A program made the translations under genes and the position numbers. A stretch of DNA of 47,654 bases, from NCBI GenBank assembly GCA_049999805.1, contig JBNGIO010006304.1:223041-270694 (forward strand), in the 5' to 3' direction. The DNA comes from Folioceros fuciformis. Its lineage: Eukaryota. The notes beneath the pieces were generated by a model, which saw only the letters and a program-made list of their open reading frames with translations, did no database searches and was not told where the DNA came from. Each line of letters begins with the position of its first letter. Position 1 is the stretch's first letter. Below, in pieces: positions 1-11,700 of the stretch.

Positions 1-119
1 TGTCTAAGAAGTACGAATCAAGGGGACGAGGGGACAAATCATAACCAATGCTAGCATAACACGTGTGGGTCACAGAAACCAAGTAGAGATTGTGTAGGGG
101 ACCAACAATGAGGGAGGGG

Positions 120-760
120 GAATGTGGGATAAAGCATGTATGTGACAACTAAGTACAAATGGTATCGAGTTGGATGTGGAGACTTATGGGGGTTGAAGAA
201 TGTTGAGTATTGTATGGTTGAGAAATGAGGACAAAGCATGTATGTGACAACCAAGTACGAATGATACGAAGTTGGATGTGGAGACTTGTGGGGAATAAAA
301 AATGTTGCACAAAGTGTGGTTGAGAAAGCTACGTATGGATGGTACCAAGTACAAGAGTGGAGACTTGCAGGATGAATAAAATGGTTGCGGATCGATGGTA
401 CCAAGTACGATGGTGGAGACTTGTAGGATGCATAAAATGGTTGCGGATCGATGGATGCATAAAATGGTTGCAGAGGATAAACACCTCGGATTCTAATTAC
501 TTTGCTCACAAAGTATGGCTAAGAAAGCTACGTATCAATTGTACCATGATAATGGAGTCTTGCAGGATGTACCAAGTACGATAATGGATGGTACCATGAT
601 AATGGAGTCTTGCAGGATGTACCAAGTACGATAATGGAGTCTTGCAAGATGTACCAAGTACAATAATGGAGACTTGCAGGATGCATGAAATGGTTGCAGA
701 GGATGAATAGCACGGATTCTAGGAGGATGAATAGCACGGATTCTAATATGGTTGCGAGAA
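120..760. repeat. Complex degenerate minisatellite (nested ~102, ~56, ~30 and ~24 bp units)
   Basis: AAGCATGTATGTGACAAC(T/C)AAGTAC occurs at ~133 and ~235. TGGTACCAAGTAC..TGGAGACTTG.AGGATG..TAAAATGGTTGCGGATCGAT occurs at ~340 and ~396. GTACCAAGTAC(G)ATAATGGAG(T/A)CTTGCAGGAT is repeated across 541-682. GAGGATGAATAGCACGGATTCTA occurs twice at ~699-745. Confidence 0.85.
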
Positions 761-1106
761 TCAAGTATTGATCGTACCCAAAGTATGGTTGTACATATAG
801 AAGTGCAAAGCATGAGAGTGTAGAGTGCATAGTTGGGTGCGGAGGATGACCCAAGCGGAGAATGTCATGGTTGCGGAAACGAAATGTAATAGTAGAACAA
901 GGAGAAGCACCTATCGATGCAAGAATGCTTGCGTATTAAAGCTTTAAGGAACAAGTGGATGAATAAGTGTTGATGAGACAAGCCCATAAGCGCGAGGTAC
1001 CTGCATCTGACTTGATGGATAGGAGTCTGAAGCATGTACTTCATGCAGAGAGTAGCAGGTAGGAAAGGCATTAAACGCGTCCGATCGTTTTCCCTCTGTG
1101 GTCAGG

Positions 1107-1175
1107 TCAGAGCAGAGCAGAGAAGGGCAGAGCAAGGCGGAGCAGAGCAGAGCAGAGAAGGGCAGAGCAGGAGCA
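1107..1175. repeat. (AGAGC)n-like pentanucleotide microsatellite
   Basis: agagcagagcagagaagggcagagc...agagcagagcagagcagag read directly. Confidence 0.8.
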
Positions 1176-1567
1176 GATGCACAGCAGGAGAGTGCAATGG
1201 TTGGTCACCATTGACAGGAGGCGGTGACCGACGGACATCTGGCACGGGGTTAGCCACGTAGTCATGGGCGGGAAAACGAGGATGAGGTGCCATCTCGGGA
1301 CCCAAGCTTGGCCAGCCATACCGAACCGAGGACAGCCAAAGCTGCGGTTGGGTACCGAAGCGATATCTGCAGGGACACAACACGACACTGGACAACACAA
1401 CACAACACGCGCGAGCGGGGTGGCACCTGGACGAACACTCGCCCGTGAGAAAGCAACCCGGAGTCTGACATGGCTGTGGAGGAGGGTAGGTGGGTACAGA
1501 CACGGAGGGTCTCGACTCTCTCATATTCCAGCATCGTTCACCTTGTTATTTACTATTATTCCAATCC

Positions 1568-1621
1568 CGATGCGATGCGATGCGATGCGATGCGGTGCGG
1601 GGCGAGGCGAGGCGAGGCGAT
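1568..1621. repeat. Compound (CGATG)n/(CGAGG)n pentanucleotide microsatellite
   Basis: cgatg x5, then cggtg cgggg, then cgagg x3 and cgatg. Confidence 0.85.
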
Positions 1622-2740
1622 GCTGCCGATCTCCCTACAGTCCCGATTTGTCGACACTAGTCCACTGACAGCCAGGGTTAGGTGTCCATGTGGATCCATC
1701 TGGTACCTGTGCTGTGCAGTGACGCCAGATATTTTTCCACCCGTTTCTCTTCCCTCCTCTCCGCACGCACATTCTTGTAGGCCGTAGGGCAACCTAGGGA
1801 AGGAAAGGAAAAGCAAGGAAGGAGGAAGGAAGACACGGAAAGCCTGGGCTGCGGCCAGCAGGAGCAGGAGCAGGAGAAGCAGCAGCAGTCCCGTGTGGAC
1901 TGATGAGCCAAGCCTGTGGCCCAGCCGTTGGCCTAATAAACAGTGGGTGTCCTGCTTCACGACTTCCCCTCAACCATAATCTCCGCCAGTCTGCTCCCCC
2001 TAATGGCGGTGGGTCGGATCCGGTAAGTAGAGAGATAGCCGGGCAGTCGGAAGGCTTGGGCTGGAGCCGAGATCGCTGGCGCCAGGGAAGCCCCAAGGCG
2101 AGGCGAGGCAAGGCCAGGCGAGGCGAGGCAAGGCCAGGCGAAGCAAGGCGGTTCGGCATCCTGGCCGGGGCCCGTCGCCCCCCCGCCCCGCCCTGCCCGG
2201 GCCTTGCCCATATTCCATTTCCCGCGACCACGCAGATTCCTCCAATTTCGCTGTCTCCCTCCTGTGACTGCGTCATCTCCTCCTCCTTCCTTTTTCTGGC
2301 GCCCTCCCTTTGCCCTGCCCGCATGCCCTGTGCTGCGCTGCTCAGGGAAGGTTGTGTGTTTTGAAATTTCCTCCCCGCTGCCGGATTTGCTCCCGCGCTG
2401 CAGGTTGTCTTCCGTCCAGACCGCTTGCTTGCTTCCTGCTCCTGGCGTTCTGCGTACAACGTTGCTCGGCTGCTGCTGCCCTGTTTTCTTTTTTTGTGGT
2501 GTGGGTGTGAGTGCTGGTGCGGTGCGGAAGGGCAGGGGCAAGGTGTGCCTGTGGTGCTGACGGAATCTCTGGCTGCTGGGCGGGCCGGCGGGCTGTGTGT
2601 GTGCAGATTCCGCAGGAGGCTGGACTGGGAATTTGCAGGCTGCGGGAGGGCGGTCCTGGTTGAGCCGTACGCCAATTTGTGGCGCGGGCATTGGCCTGAT
2701 TCTGCTGCTGTGCGGCACTAGAGGCAGCGGCAGCAGCATC

Positions 2741-5700
2741 ATGCAGGGGCTGCATGCCGCCGCCCCGCCTGCGGCAGCGGCGCCGGTCGCTCGATTGTCA
2801 CTGTACAATGCGGGCACAGCTCGCCGGAATGGGTTGCGCACGGACGCCTCCTGCTCCGTGCCCGCAGGCTCGGCCTTCCTCTCTTTGCACTCGGCGGCGG
2901 GGGTGAGGGCCGGCGGTAGGCCTGGGAATTCGAGGACCGCTGCGAAATCCGGGTTTGCACATTCTGGAGTCTTCAGTCGGGAGTCTGTTTTGGGGCTCAC
3001 TGCTGCTCTGAGAAGGCGCCTTCCTGGACGCCGCCAGGTTGGATCAGGGCTTCAAGTCCGTGCGCAGGCCACTGCGGCTGCCGGGGCCAGTGGGGCTGCT
3101 GCTCCCTCGGATGCCATTTTTGGAGTGCCCAGGACTACTCTCAAGAAAGTCATACCTCTTGGTCTTATGTTCTTCTGCATTCTCTTCAATTACACTATCC
3201 TGAGAGATACCAAGGATGTGCTGGTGGTCACAGCCAAGGGAAGCAGTGCTGAGATCATCCCCTTTCTCAAGACCTGGGTGAATCTTCCCATGGCTATTGG
3301 CTTTATGCTCATTTACACCAAGCTCTCTAATGTGCTGTCCAAGGAGGCGCTCTTCTACACGTGCATCCTTCCTTTCATAGGGTTTTTTGGTGCTTTTGCC
3401 TTTGTTTTGTATCCTCTTCGGGATGTGTTGCATCCCACGGCACTGGCAGAGTCGTTGCTTCTATCGTGGGGAGATAGGTTCATGGGACCCCTTGCTATTT
3501 TCCGCATCTGGTCCTTTTGTCTTTTTTATGTCATGGCCGAGCTTTGGGGCAGTGTGGTGGTATCCGTTCTCTTCTGGGGTTTTGCAAATCAGGTATATAT
3601 GAAGCCAAGCTTTTTTCTGTCTCGCACTACCTCAGCATTGCATGCTCTGGCTCCTTGCACCATTGGTTTACGTGCTTGCTGTCCTTTCCTTGATCGACAG
3701 CTATTGCCCGCTTCTCTCGCTTCAATTGTTTTCTCGTGATATGGGTTGTTACAGATCACAACCGTGGACGAAGCTAAACAGTTTTACCCGCTCTTTGGAC
3801 TTGGAGCAAATGTTGCACTCATATTTTCAGGCAAGACTGTGAAGTACTTTTCGAAGCTACGAGGGAAGTTGCCACCCGGTGTCGATGGATGGGAGTATTC
3901 TTTGAAAGGAATGATGTCATTGGTGGTCATTCTGGGCTTCGCAATTTGTGGTATCTATTGGTGGGTTAACAAATTTGTCCTGAATGACCCCAATCTTCCT
4001 AAAGCGGAGAAGAGGAAGAAGGTACGATACTGGTGACATTTGTTGTCTGCCCACCGGTTTGCAATGACGTCCCGATCTTGTCAGCTTTCCTGTGATGCGG
4101 GGAACCAGGGTTTTTGAGACTTGTCTTTATATTATTGTTGTCTGCAGAAGGAAAAGCCAAAGCTGGGTATGGTTGAAAGTGCCAAGTTTCTTCTGAATTC
4201 CACCTACGTGAGGGATCTGGCTACACTTGTCGTGGCTTATGGTATAAGTATCAACCTTGTGGAGGTTACCTGGAAGTCAAAGTTGAAGGCACAGGTATGT
4301 TCTCATTGTGCTCTACTTGGTCCCTAAGATTTGTTAATCATTACATATAACGCTTCTGGTGCATGTCCTCTTGCAGTTCCCCAACCCAAATGAGTACTCT
4401 TCTTTTATGGGAGACTTCTCAACTTACACTGGTGTTGCTACGTTCAGTATGATGCTTTTGAGTCGGGTCATCTTCCGGAAGTTTGGATGGGGTGTGGCAG
4501 CTGCCATTACGCCGACTGTTCTGTTGGTCACTGGGGTGGCATTCTTTGCCCTAGTGCTTTTCAGTGGGCCCTTGACACCAGCACTTGCTAGCCTTGGGCT
4601 TACCCCCTTGTTAGCTGCTGTCTACATCGGAGCTCTGCAGAATATTTTCAGCAAGAGTGCTAAATATAGTCTGTTTGATCCATGCAAAGAAATGGCTTAC
4701 ATTCCTCTAGATGAGGATACGAAGGTAATAGCTCGAAGGCATTCACCCCTGAGCTTGACGTTGAATGTTTTCTCCTTTCCGCTTGTCTGCTGACTAAAAA
4801 GTGTTGACACGCTTGATCAACTTTTTTCTTTGCAGGTGAAAGGAAAGGCTGCAATTGATGTCGTTTGCAATCCCCTTGGCAAGTCCGGTGGTGCACTCAT
4901 TCAGCAATTCTTGATTCTGGGTTTCGGTTCTCTGGCTAATTCCACTCCGTACTTGGGAGCAATTCTTCTTGTTATTGTTCTAGCTTGGCTGTATGCTGCT
5001 CGTTCATTGGACAGACAGTTTACACCTCTTGTTCAAGAAGATCTGAAAGGCAAATTGCTGGAAGGCAAACTATCCGCAATCTCATCTAGGCTACTGGGAA
5101 AGTCCGATTTTCCGAAGAAGGAGGTGAGATGATGACCTTCATGGGGGTGGGTGGTCTGCAGGGTGGGCATCCTTGGCCCCTTTGACTGTCCTCTTTGGTA
5201 ACTTGTTTGTAAGTCTTAAGGTCCCTTGTACGTCTCCAGACAAGAATCGGGTGAGGGTACGGTGGTTTACCTGCCGTGTCTGGTCCTTTCGAGTCCTTGC
5301 GTAGGCCTTGGTTATGTGCAGGCACGTTTGTTTTTTGATAGAGCTGGTAAGTGTTAATTGGGCTTGGTCTTTTCGTGGCATGATGCTGAGTTTGTGGTCG
5401 CTCCTCTAATTCCTGGTTCGTCAGTTCTGCCATACCTGTTTGTCCAGGACTGGTGACAAAACATGTGCTCACTGTGTGCGGGGACCTCTCACAGAGGTTT
5501 TGTCACTAACTAAAACCCTCTGGGTGCAGGTGGCATACCGTTTTGTGAGTGTTCTAAATGAACAAGGTTTCATTGAGGGACGGTATGTTGCTGTCGTAGA
5601 CGGGCAGATAGCTCCTAGACCCGCCCCTACCACTGTTGTGCCGCAAGCTGTCCCGACTGCACCGCCTAAGGTAGAGCAGAGTTTGGGCTCCAGCAACGGA

Positions 5701-5778
5701 GATGGGTCAGTTCGGGAGCAGACGGGACAGGAGGGAGACGCGGACAAGGGACCTGTGATGCAGGCCCCATTGAAGTGA
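2741..5778 (+). CDS. NTT1: Plastidic ATP/ADP antiporter (NTT/AATP, TLC family), ~716 aa with transit peptide
   Basis: Exons 2741-3592, 3755-4021, 4148-4294, 4377-4724, 4836-5123 and 5530-5778, all GT-AG and in frame. Family motifs seen: LGLMFFCILFNYTILRDTKDVLVVT, FLKTWVNLP, AELWGSVVVSVLFWGFANQITT, INLVEVTWKSK, SKSAKYSLFDPCKEMAYIPLDE, KGKAAIDVVCNPLGKSGG. The N-terminus is Ala/Ser/Arg-rich and ends in QVRAQA. Confidence 0.95.
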
Positions 5779-6582
5779 TTGATGGGACGCGTACAGCTGT
5801 GGAGGATGTTTGCACTCCTGTAGCGTGTCTTAAACAGAAGTTGCCCCCTTTCACCAGCCGCCTGTGTTGCCGGCGCTTGTGGAAGATATGGTTCAAGCAA
5901 GGTGGATACTTTGAACTCACGTCTTTTGTAGGATCACCATGGTGAAATAGCTTCGGGTACTGTGGTAGACATCTGCCAGTTGTACAGGCCAAATTTTTGC
6001 AGCAATAGATCACACCAGTTGGTGCTATTAGGTGATGTGCAGGCTGAAGAAATGGGGGTGCTATGTGCGTGGACTGGACCTGCCGAGAACTTTGTTTTTT
6101 GCTGGTTGCACCCAACCATATACAGATGTGGTGCCAACCTGTACCGCTGCGCCTGTGCCAGATCTCCTCTTTGACGACTTCTCTATGCAGTTGTAGTCCC
6201 ACGTTGCGAGCATCACCAAGCTGAGACATGTAGGCTATTTCCTCTTGTATAATGAATTAGCTAGCTACCCATGCAGTTGCCTGTCCCCTTCGTGCTTTCA
6301 AAATCAATTCGTGTTCTTCGATGGGCCGACAGATTCTCTCCTTGTTTTTGTTTGGCGTTGAGGAGGACCAGTCGTAGCTTTGTCTTGACGCCCCTTCTTA
6401 TTCGCTTCCGACTTGGACCCGTCTCTTGATGGCTGCCTGGGAAACTGTTGTTTCACCTTTCGCTGCTCCCTTTGGCCCATTCGCTTAGTAGAAACGACAG
6501 GCGTTGGACAGTCCCGCATTAACGCAGATGACATGTTGGGTTCGTTTTGCAAACATTTGTGGCCGCAACTGGCTCTGCGAGC

Positions 6583-8719
6583 ATGGGGGTGACTAATAGG
6601 GCGCGTTCGTCGACACCTGCAAGGTCGGGGAGGGGAGAACGTGATGCTTCTCCCAATAAGCAGGATGAGCCTGCGAAGATCGTCTCCAAGGCTGGGCATG
6701 CTAGCGAAGATGCCCGAGCCAAGAAAAGCGAACTCCGGAAACAAGCGAATACCCTGCTCAAGGGCATCTGGCTGGCATTGATGTTTTTCTGCTTCGGGTT
6801 GGTCAAGGACTTGGCAGCGAGTGCACGTCCAATGCTAATCGCCGATGGGGACGAACACAGCATGGCGAATCTGAAGACATGGGTGACTTTGCCAGTGATT
6901 GTTGCGTCCTTGATCTTTTACTTGACACTCTCCACTTTCGTATCCAAGAAGGCCCTTTTCTACAGCTGCATCGTCATCTTCCTGGGTTTATTTATTGCTT
7001 CTGAACTTGTTTCTTTCCCGCGACAAGGAAGGTCTACAAGTTGGGCTGAGCCACCGATCTTCCTTCAAAATATAGGCGTTCAACTGGTTGGACGGCCTCT
7101 CGAGTCTGTCCATATCTGGGCCACTTATCACCATGTCGTGGTTGATCTATGGGGCAGCGCAGTGGTGCCTATCTTCTTCTGGGGCTTGGCTAATAAGGTA
7201 ACCGGTTTAGACCATCTGCACCATCTGCAATCTGTTGGCAGCATGTGGTGTGATTGAGAGCTGCTTCCAACATTGCTCTCTCATGCTGTGACTTATGCTG
7301 AAGCATTAATCTTTGGTTCTGTGCTGTTTGACAAGCTTGGGATGTCGAATAGTACGGACTTAAAACAGTTGGTAGTTTCTTTGACATGGTAGGACATCCA
7401 AGGATGCATGTCCCCGGATGTGAGGGTGGCAGACGTTGCATCGCTGTGCATGCTTGACTATTTGCAATTGGCTGCGTCCTCTCGGCACAGGCTGTTAGCA
7501 CGGACGAGGCCAAACTGATATATCCATGGTTAGGACATGTTTCGCATGGCGCCCACATCTTCTCAGGCCGGCTTGAGAAATACTTGGCGCAACTCCACCA
7601 ATCTGAAGGTCATGCGTGGGTATCTCCAGTGAGAGCACGTACGTATGCGATCGTTCTCCTGGGCATTGCGATCTGTGGGATTTATGGGCTTCTCATGGGC
7701 TCCGCGCTGGTGGATCACTGCCATCACAAGGCAGAAATGACGCACCAGGTTCGCCACCGTACAAAGCAACTGGAGGTTTTCAGTCCTTGCCTTTTTTCTG
7801 CTGTGTGCAGTGAACCTGTTGGAAAATGCTGAAATTACATTCCAGCCTGTTCTTCTGTTGTGCTTATAAGGAGGATATAAAACAAAAGCAGCTGTACTTT
7901 CGAGACTTCTCCATCGTAGTGCTGGCGAATGTGGTCGTGTACAGCGTCGTGGAGCAAGGGTGGCAGTCCAAGGAGGTGAGTCTGTGCGGGCCAATGTAGA
8001 ACAAGAGTTAATGGTCAGACGAAAGTCATGACTAGTGGTGAAAGTAAGCTACAAATCATGCTTTTCAGCTTCAAGAGTCGGAGAAGCTGCTGGTATCCAA
8101 AGCCACCGGAGGAGCAGCAAAATTTGGCACGGCCCTGTTCGGCGTCTTCGTGTTGCGACATTCCGGCTGGGGAGTGGCGTCCGCCATCACCCCGACCCTG
8201 CTGCTGGGATGGCTCCTTGCAGTCCTGACATGGGGAGGGGCTTCACCACACGTGTACGCTTTGGGGCACATCATCTGCACCAACGCGCTCTACACCTTGG
8301 CCTACCCGTGCAAACAAATGGCTTACTTGCCACTGGATGAGCATTCCAAGGCAAGGCACAGTAGTGCGGCAGTCTTCGCTGTGCGGCATCCCTGCTGCCG
8401 GCCTGAAAATGTTGTCCTCACTGTGTGCGCATGCATCCCGCAGGCAAGGTTCAAGGCCATGGTGGACGTGGTGGGGAGCAAATACGGTGGAGTCTTGGTG
8501 CACCAACTGTTGCTACGGAAGTTCGGTCCCCAGCTGGCTGGATCATCTCCGTATGTGGAGGTCATCCTTGTTGTCAGTGCGTTGGCTTGGCTCATATCTG
8601 CAGCGTCGCTCAATAGGCGGATGCACCATACCACACCTCCCTCTTCAAATTCCCCATCCTCAGGCTCAGCCTCGGCCTCAGCTTCTCTTCATCCCGACGT
8701 CAAAAAGAAATCGGAGTAA
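6583..8719 (+). CDS. Highly diverged tandem NTT/TLC-family paralog, ~511 aa
   Basis: Exons 6583-7197, 7491-7748, 7871-7975, 8069-8350 and 8444-8719 join without stops, and the introns lie at the same positions as in the upstream NTT. Remnant motifs: LALMFFCFG, NLKTWVTLP, VSKKALFYSCI, VDLWGSAVVPIFFWGLANK, STDEAKLIYP, AICGIY, YFRDF..VVEQGWQSK, GWGVASAITPT, PCKQMAYLPLDE, KAMVDVVGSKYGG, SSPYV. Confidence 0.8.
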
Positions 8720-11700
8720 AGATGGTTACTGTTTCCTGATTCTCCCAACTGCGTACACATCCGTTAATACGCATCGTACAGAGGTGAGACAGCCATGTCT
8801 AGAGCCTAAGGGGGGGGTGGGTGTCAGCCCATCCTTGGCCCGGAACAGGCAAGTGGATACCGTATCAAGCGTGAGCATGTGTGTGCAACAATCTGTCAGG
8901 TCTTCACGTGAAAAGATGCACTCATCGCTCACCCAGGGCCTCAAAGGGGCAGTGATCGCTTCGCCGACACCGAGGAGGGTGCACGGAGCGAGGGGTTGGC
9001 AGCGCGGAGGCCACACACTGCAAGTTGATAGACATATCTATCCCAGTATCTGCGTATCTCCACCGTTCCTGAGAACAGGAGCAACAACCGGAGATACAAA
9101 TTCATATTTCCTGTACCGCTTCAAGTCCCCGTCCAGGGGCCCAATTCCAAGGTGGAGGAAATGTTGTGAAGACGGTGGTGGGTATTCGGATCAGCTGACG
9201 CATAGTTGCCCTTTCCCCGGTGGTTGCCAGCCTGAGCCCACTACCGTCTGCCGGCAGATACCGTTACGGTTGAACAGACATTATGCAAGAACTGGAAGCA
9301 GCACAAACCGAAGCAGTTGGCCCTCGGACAGGTAGGTGTGGTAGGGTATTGGTCATGGATACCGCCATGAGGGCCCGGCACATGGAGGCAGGAGTCGCGT
9401 TGGTGTTGGAACTCAGCGCCCCGCACCCGGCACCCGGCACCCTGAACCGGGCCATGGTGGGCACCGGGTGCTGGTACAAGAAGGAACATATGTACAAGCA
9501 AACAGTGTTTGTGGCCACTGTTGGCGTACATTCTATCTACCTGTGATGCGAGCAACGCAAGCTGCAAGACTACGGGCGGACGGTGGATTGCACTTTCTAT
9601 TTGGAGCTGGCTGCGCATTGACGACGTCATGTATGGGTGTAAGTTGGCGTGTTCACACTCTCGCAAGGCAGCGCCATGGGCCATGGCCGTGCAGTGGAGT
9701 GGCGATGTGGTGTCGTGTAATGCAGAAGGAGCCGGTCGGAGGCGGGACGTCTCCTCTCGTGCAGCAGGAGGGAGGGTGGAGGTCGGAGGATGAAGAGGAG
9801 GGCGGGCGATCAGGAAAAGGGAAAAGGGAAAAGGGCAAAAGGAAAGAGGGACAACGAAAAACCCATCCTTGCCTTGCCTAGCCTTTCCTTTCCTTTCCCG
9901 TCCCTTCCCTTTCCGGCGGCAGCGGCAGGCGCCCACCTTGCTGCAGAGACCAACTGGGGGGCGTGCAATGTGCATCGGACATGGAAAGCGTCCCAAAGTT
10001 CGTGCTCCCCTACGAGCTCCCGACACCGGGGCCCGGCCCGGCGCTCGCTACACTTGGGAGCAGGTTAGGCCGGGCGCCGGGGCCCGGTCTGGAGCGCGCG
10101 TGCGATCCTGGGGCCCCACGCCGGGCCCCCTGCACCCGCTTTTGCCCTCCCCGTCCCGCTCCCTGCTCGATTCCCGATCCTCCCCCGGCTCCCTCAAACC
10201 CTCCCCAATTGGGGGCGGGAACTTGGAAGCACTCCCAGGCTGCTTGCTCCTCCTGCTGCGGCAGGAGGTGCCAGCCCACACAACACGCACATCGGTTGCA
10301 TCCCTTGATTTCACATGGCCCCTGGCCTAGGCCGTGCGTGCTCCACGCATTTCCTGCTCTCGTGGTACAGCTTTTGCTTGGATGGACTCGGCCACACCTT
10401 GTTTCTGTCACCGTTCTTGCCTCCTGAAGTATATCGCACATGTCTATATTTTATTGCACCTCCGTCTCCCTAGTCCACTAGATATCCGACAACCCCTCCT
10501 AGGGTCCTACTCCTCCTCCTCCTTTCCTTCTTCATGCAGCAATGCAATCTGGACCGGGATACATCTACATACAATGGCCCCCTTTCCCATCTCTGTTGCT
10601 GCATCAAATTCCGTTGTCGTGTTCCTTCTCCTATCTCACATTGACCTCGATATGCTCATCATTATGCTCACGGTCATGACTGAGCACCGCAACAGTCCAT
10701 TATCAGAGCACAGATGCGCGCTAGATCACACCAATCTATCTTGACCTTGTCTACGTAAATGTAGGCTAGCTCCAGCAACGCCTCTCCCCTCCTCCTCCAC
10801 GTCCTCCAGGTGCTGCACGCACCACAAGCAATGGTGCGCAGTGAAGTACAGACATACTACGTATGTATGTGTGTACAGTGTACAGTAGAATGTGCACGCA
10901 CAGGTACGAACTTGGAATCGGCACGGCGCGTGTGGCGGAATAAAAGCGGCAGATGCATTCATGTGGGAGCAGGATTCCTCCGGCTTCCCTTGGAATCAGC
11001 TCGTTGGCTGGGCTGGCGTAGCCTGGCAGAGGCTGCCGGGAAAAGCAAGCACCGGCTTGCCAGGTTGGAGCTACGACATGTCAGACGTCGTCGGGCGCTC
11101 ATCAATGGCGGCCTTGTGCGTCGTGCTCGCATCACATGCATCCAACGAAGGCGGTGCCCTGGGAGGGGAAAATCCCGCCCAAGCTCAGTGGCCTGCGAGT
11201 TGAATGCAGCTGCCGGCAGCCCCATCCCTACTCCCATGTCACATACGCTGCTTATCCATCATCTCATTTCACGGCAGCAGGCATGGAAATCGGTGTGGGA
11301 GCCTGGATGGAAGCCCAAGGGGTCATGTGTCACCATAGGCGGGCAACTCCGGATCCGCACCGTTACTCATTCCACGTGGGAGACCCTCAGAGCTGGCCGC
11401 TGGCTAGAAGCTACCGGCACGACTCGTGCACAGGCCCCACTTCCAGGCACATTCATTGATTCTATATTTGAGCGCTCATCCTCCTCACAATTTGCCCACT
11501 TGACCATCTCATCCCGCCCGCAACAAGCCACCGCATGCTAACAGTCCGATTCCCTCCTCCTTCATCCAGAGTAGCAGCTTCCCCCCTCACACAATCATCC
11601 ACACCGCAGCAGAAACAGCAGTAGAAGCCCGCAAGTTCGTGATTCACGCACCTCCTGTTTGCTAAACCCTTGCCCCGGGTTTGAGCGCAAGTGGCCGGGA

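Noticed and set aside
2597-2740. N-terminal extension of the NTT ORF in the ORF track
   Set aside because: It starts at GTG. The first in-frame ATG is at 2741 and is followed by a typical transit peptide.
1794-3000. Long minus-strand ORFs (293 and 347 aa)
   Set aside because: Low-complexity, GC-rich antisense frames over the NTT promoter and first exon, with no domain motifs.
8337-9335. 332-aa plus-strand ORF
   Set aside because: It overlaps the NTT paralog's last exons in another frame and has no recognisable motifs.
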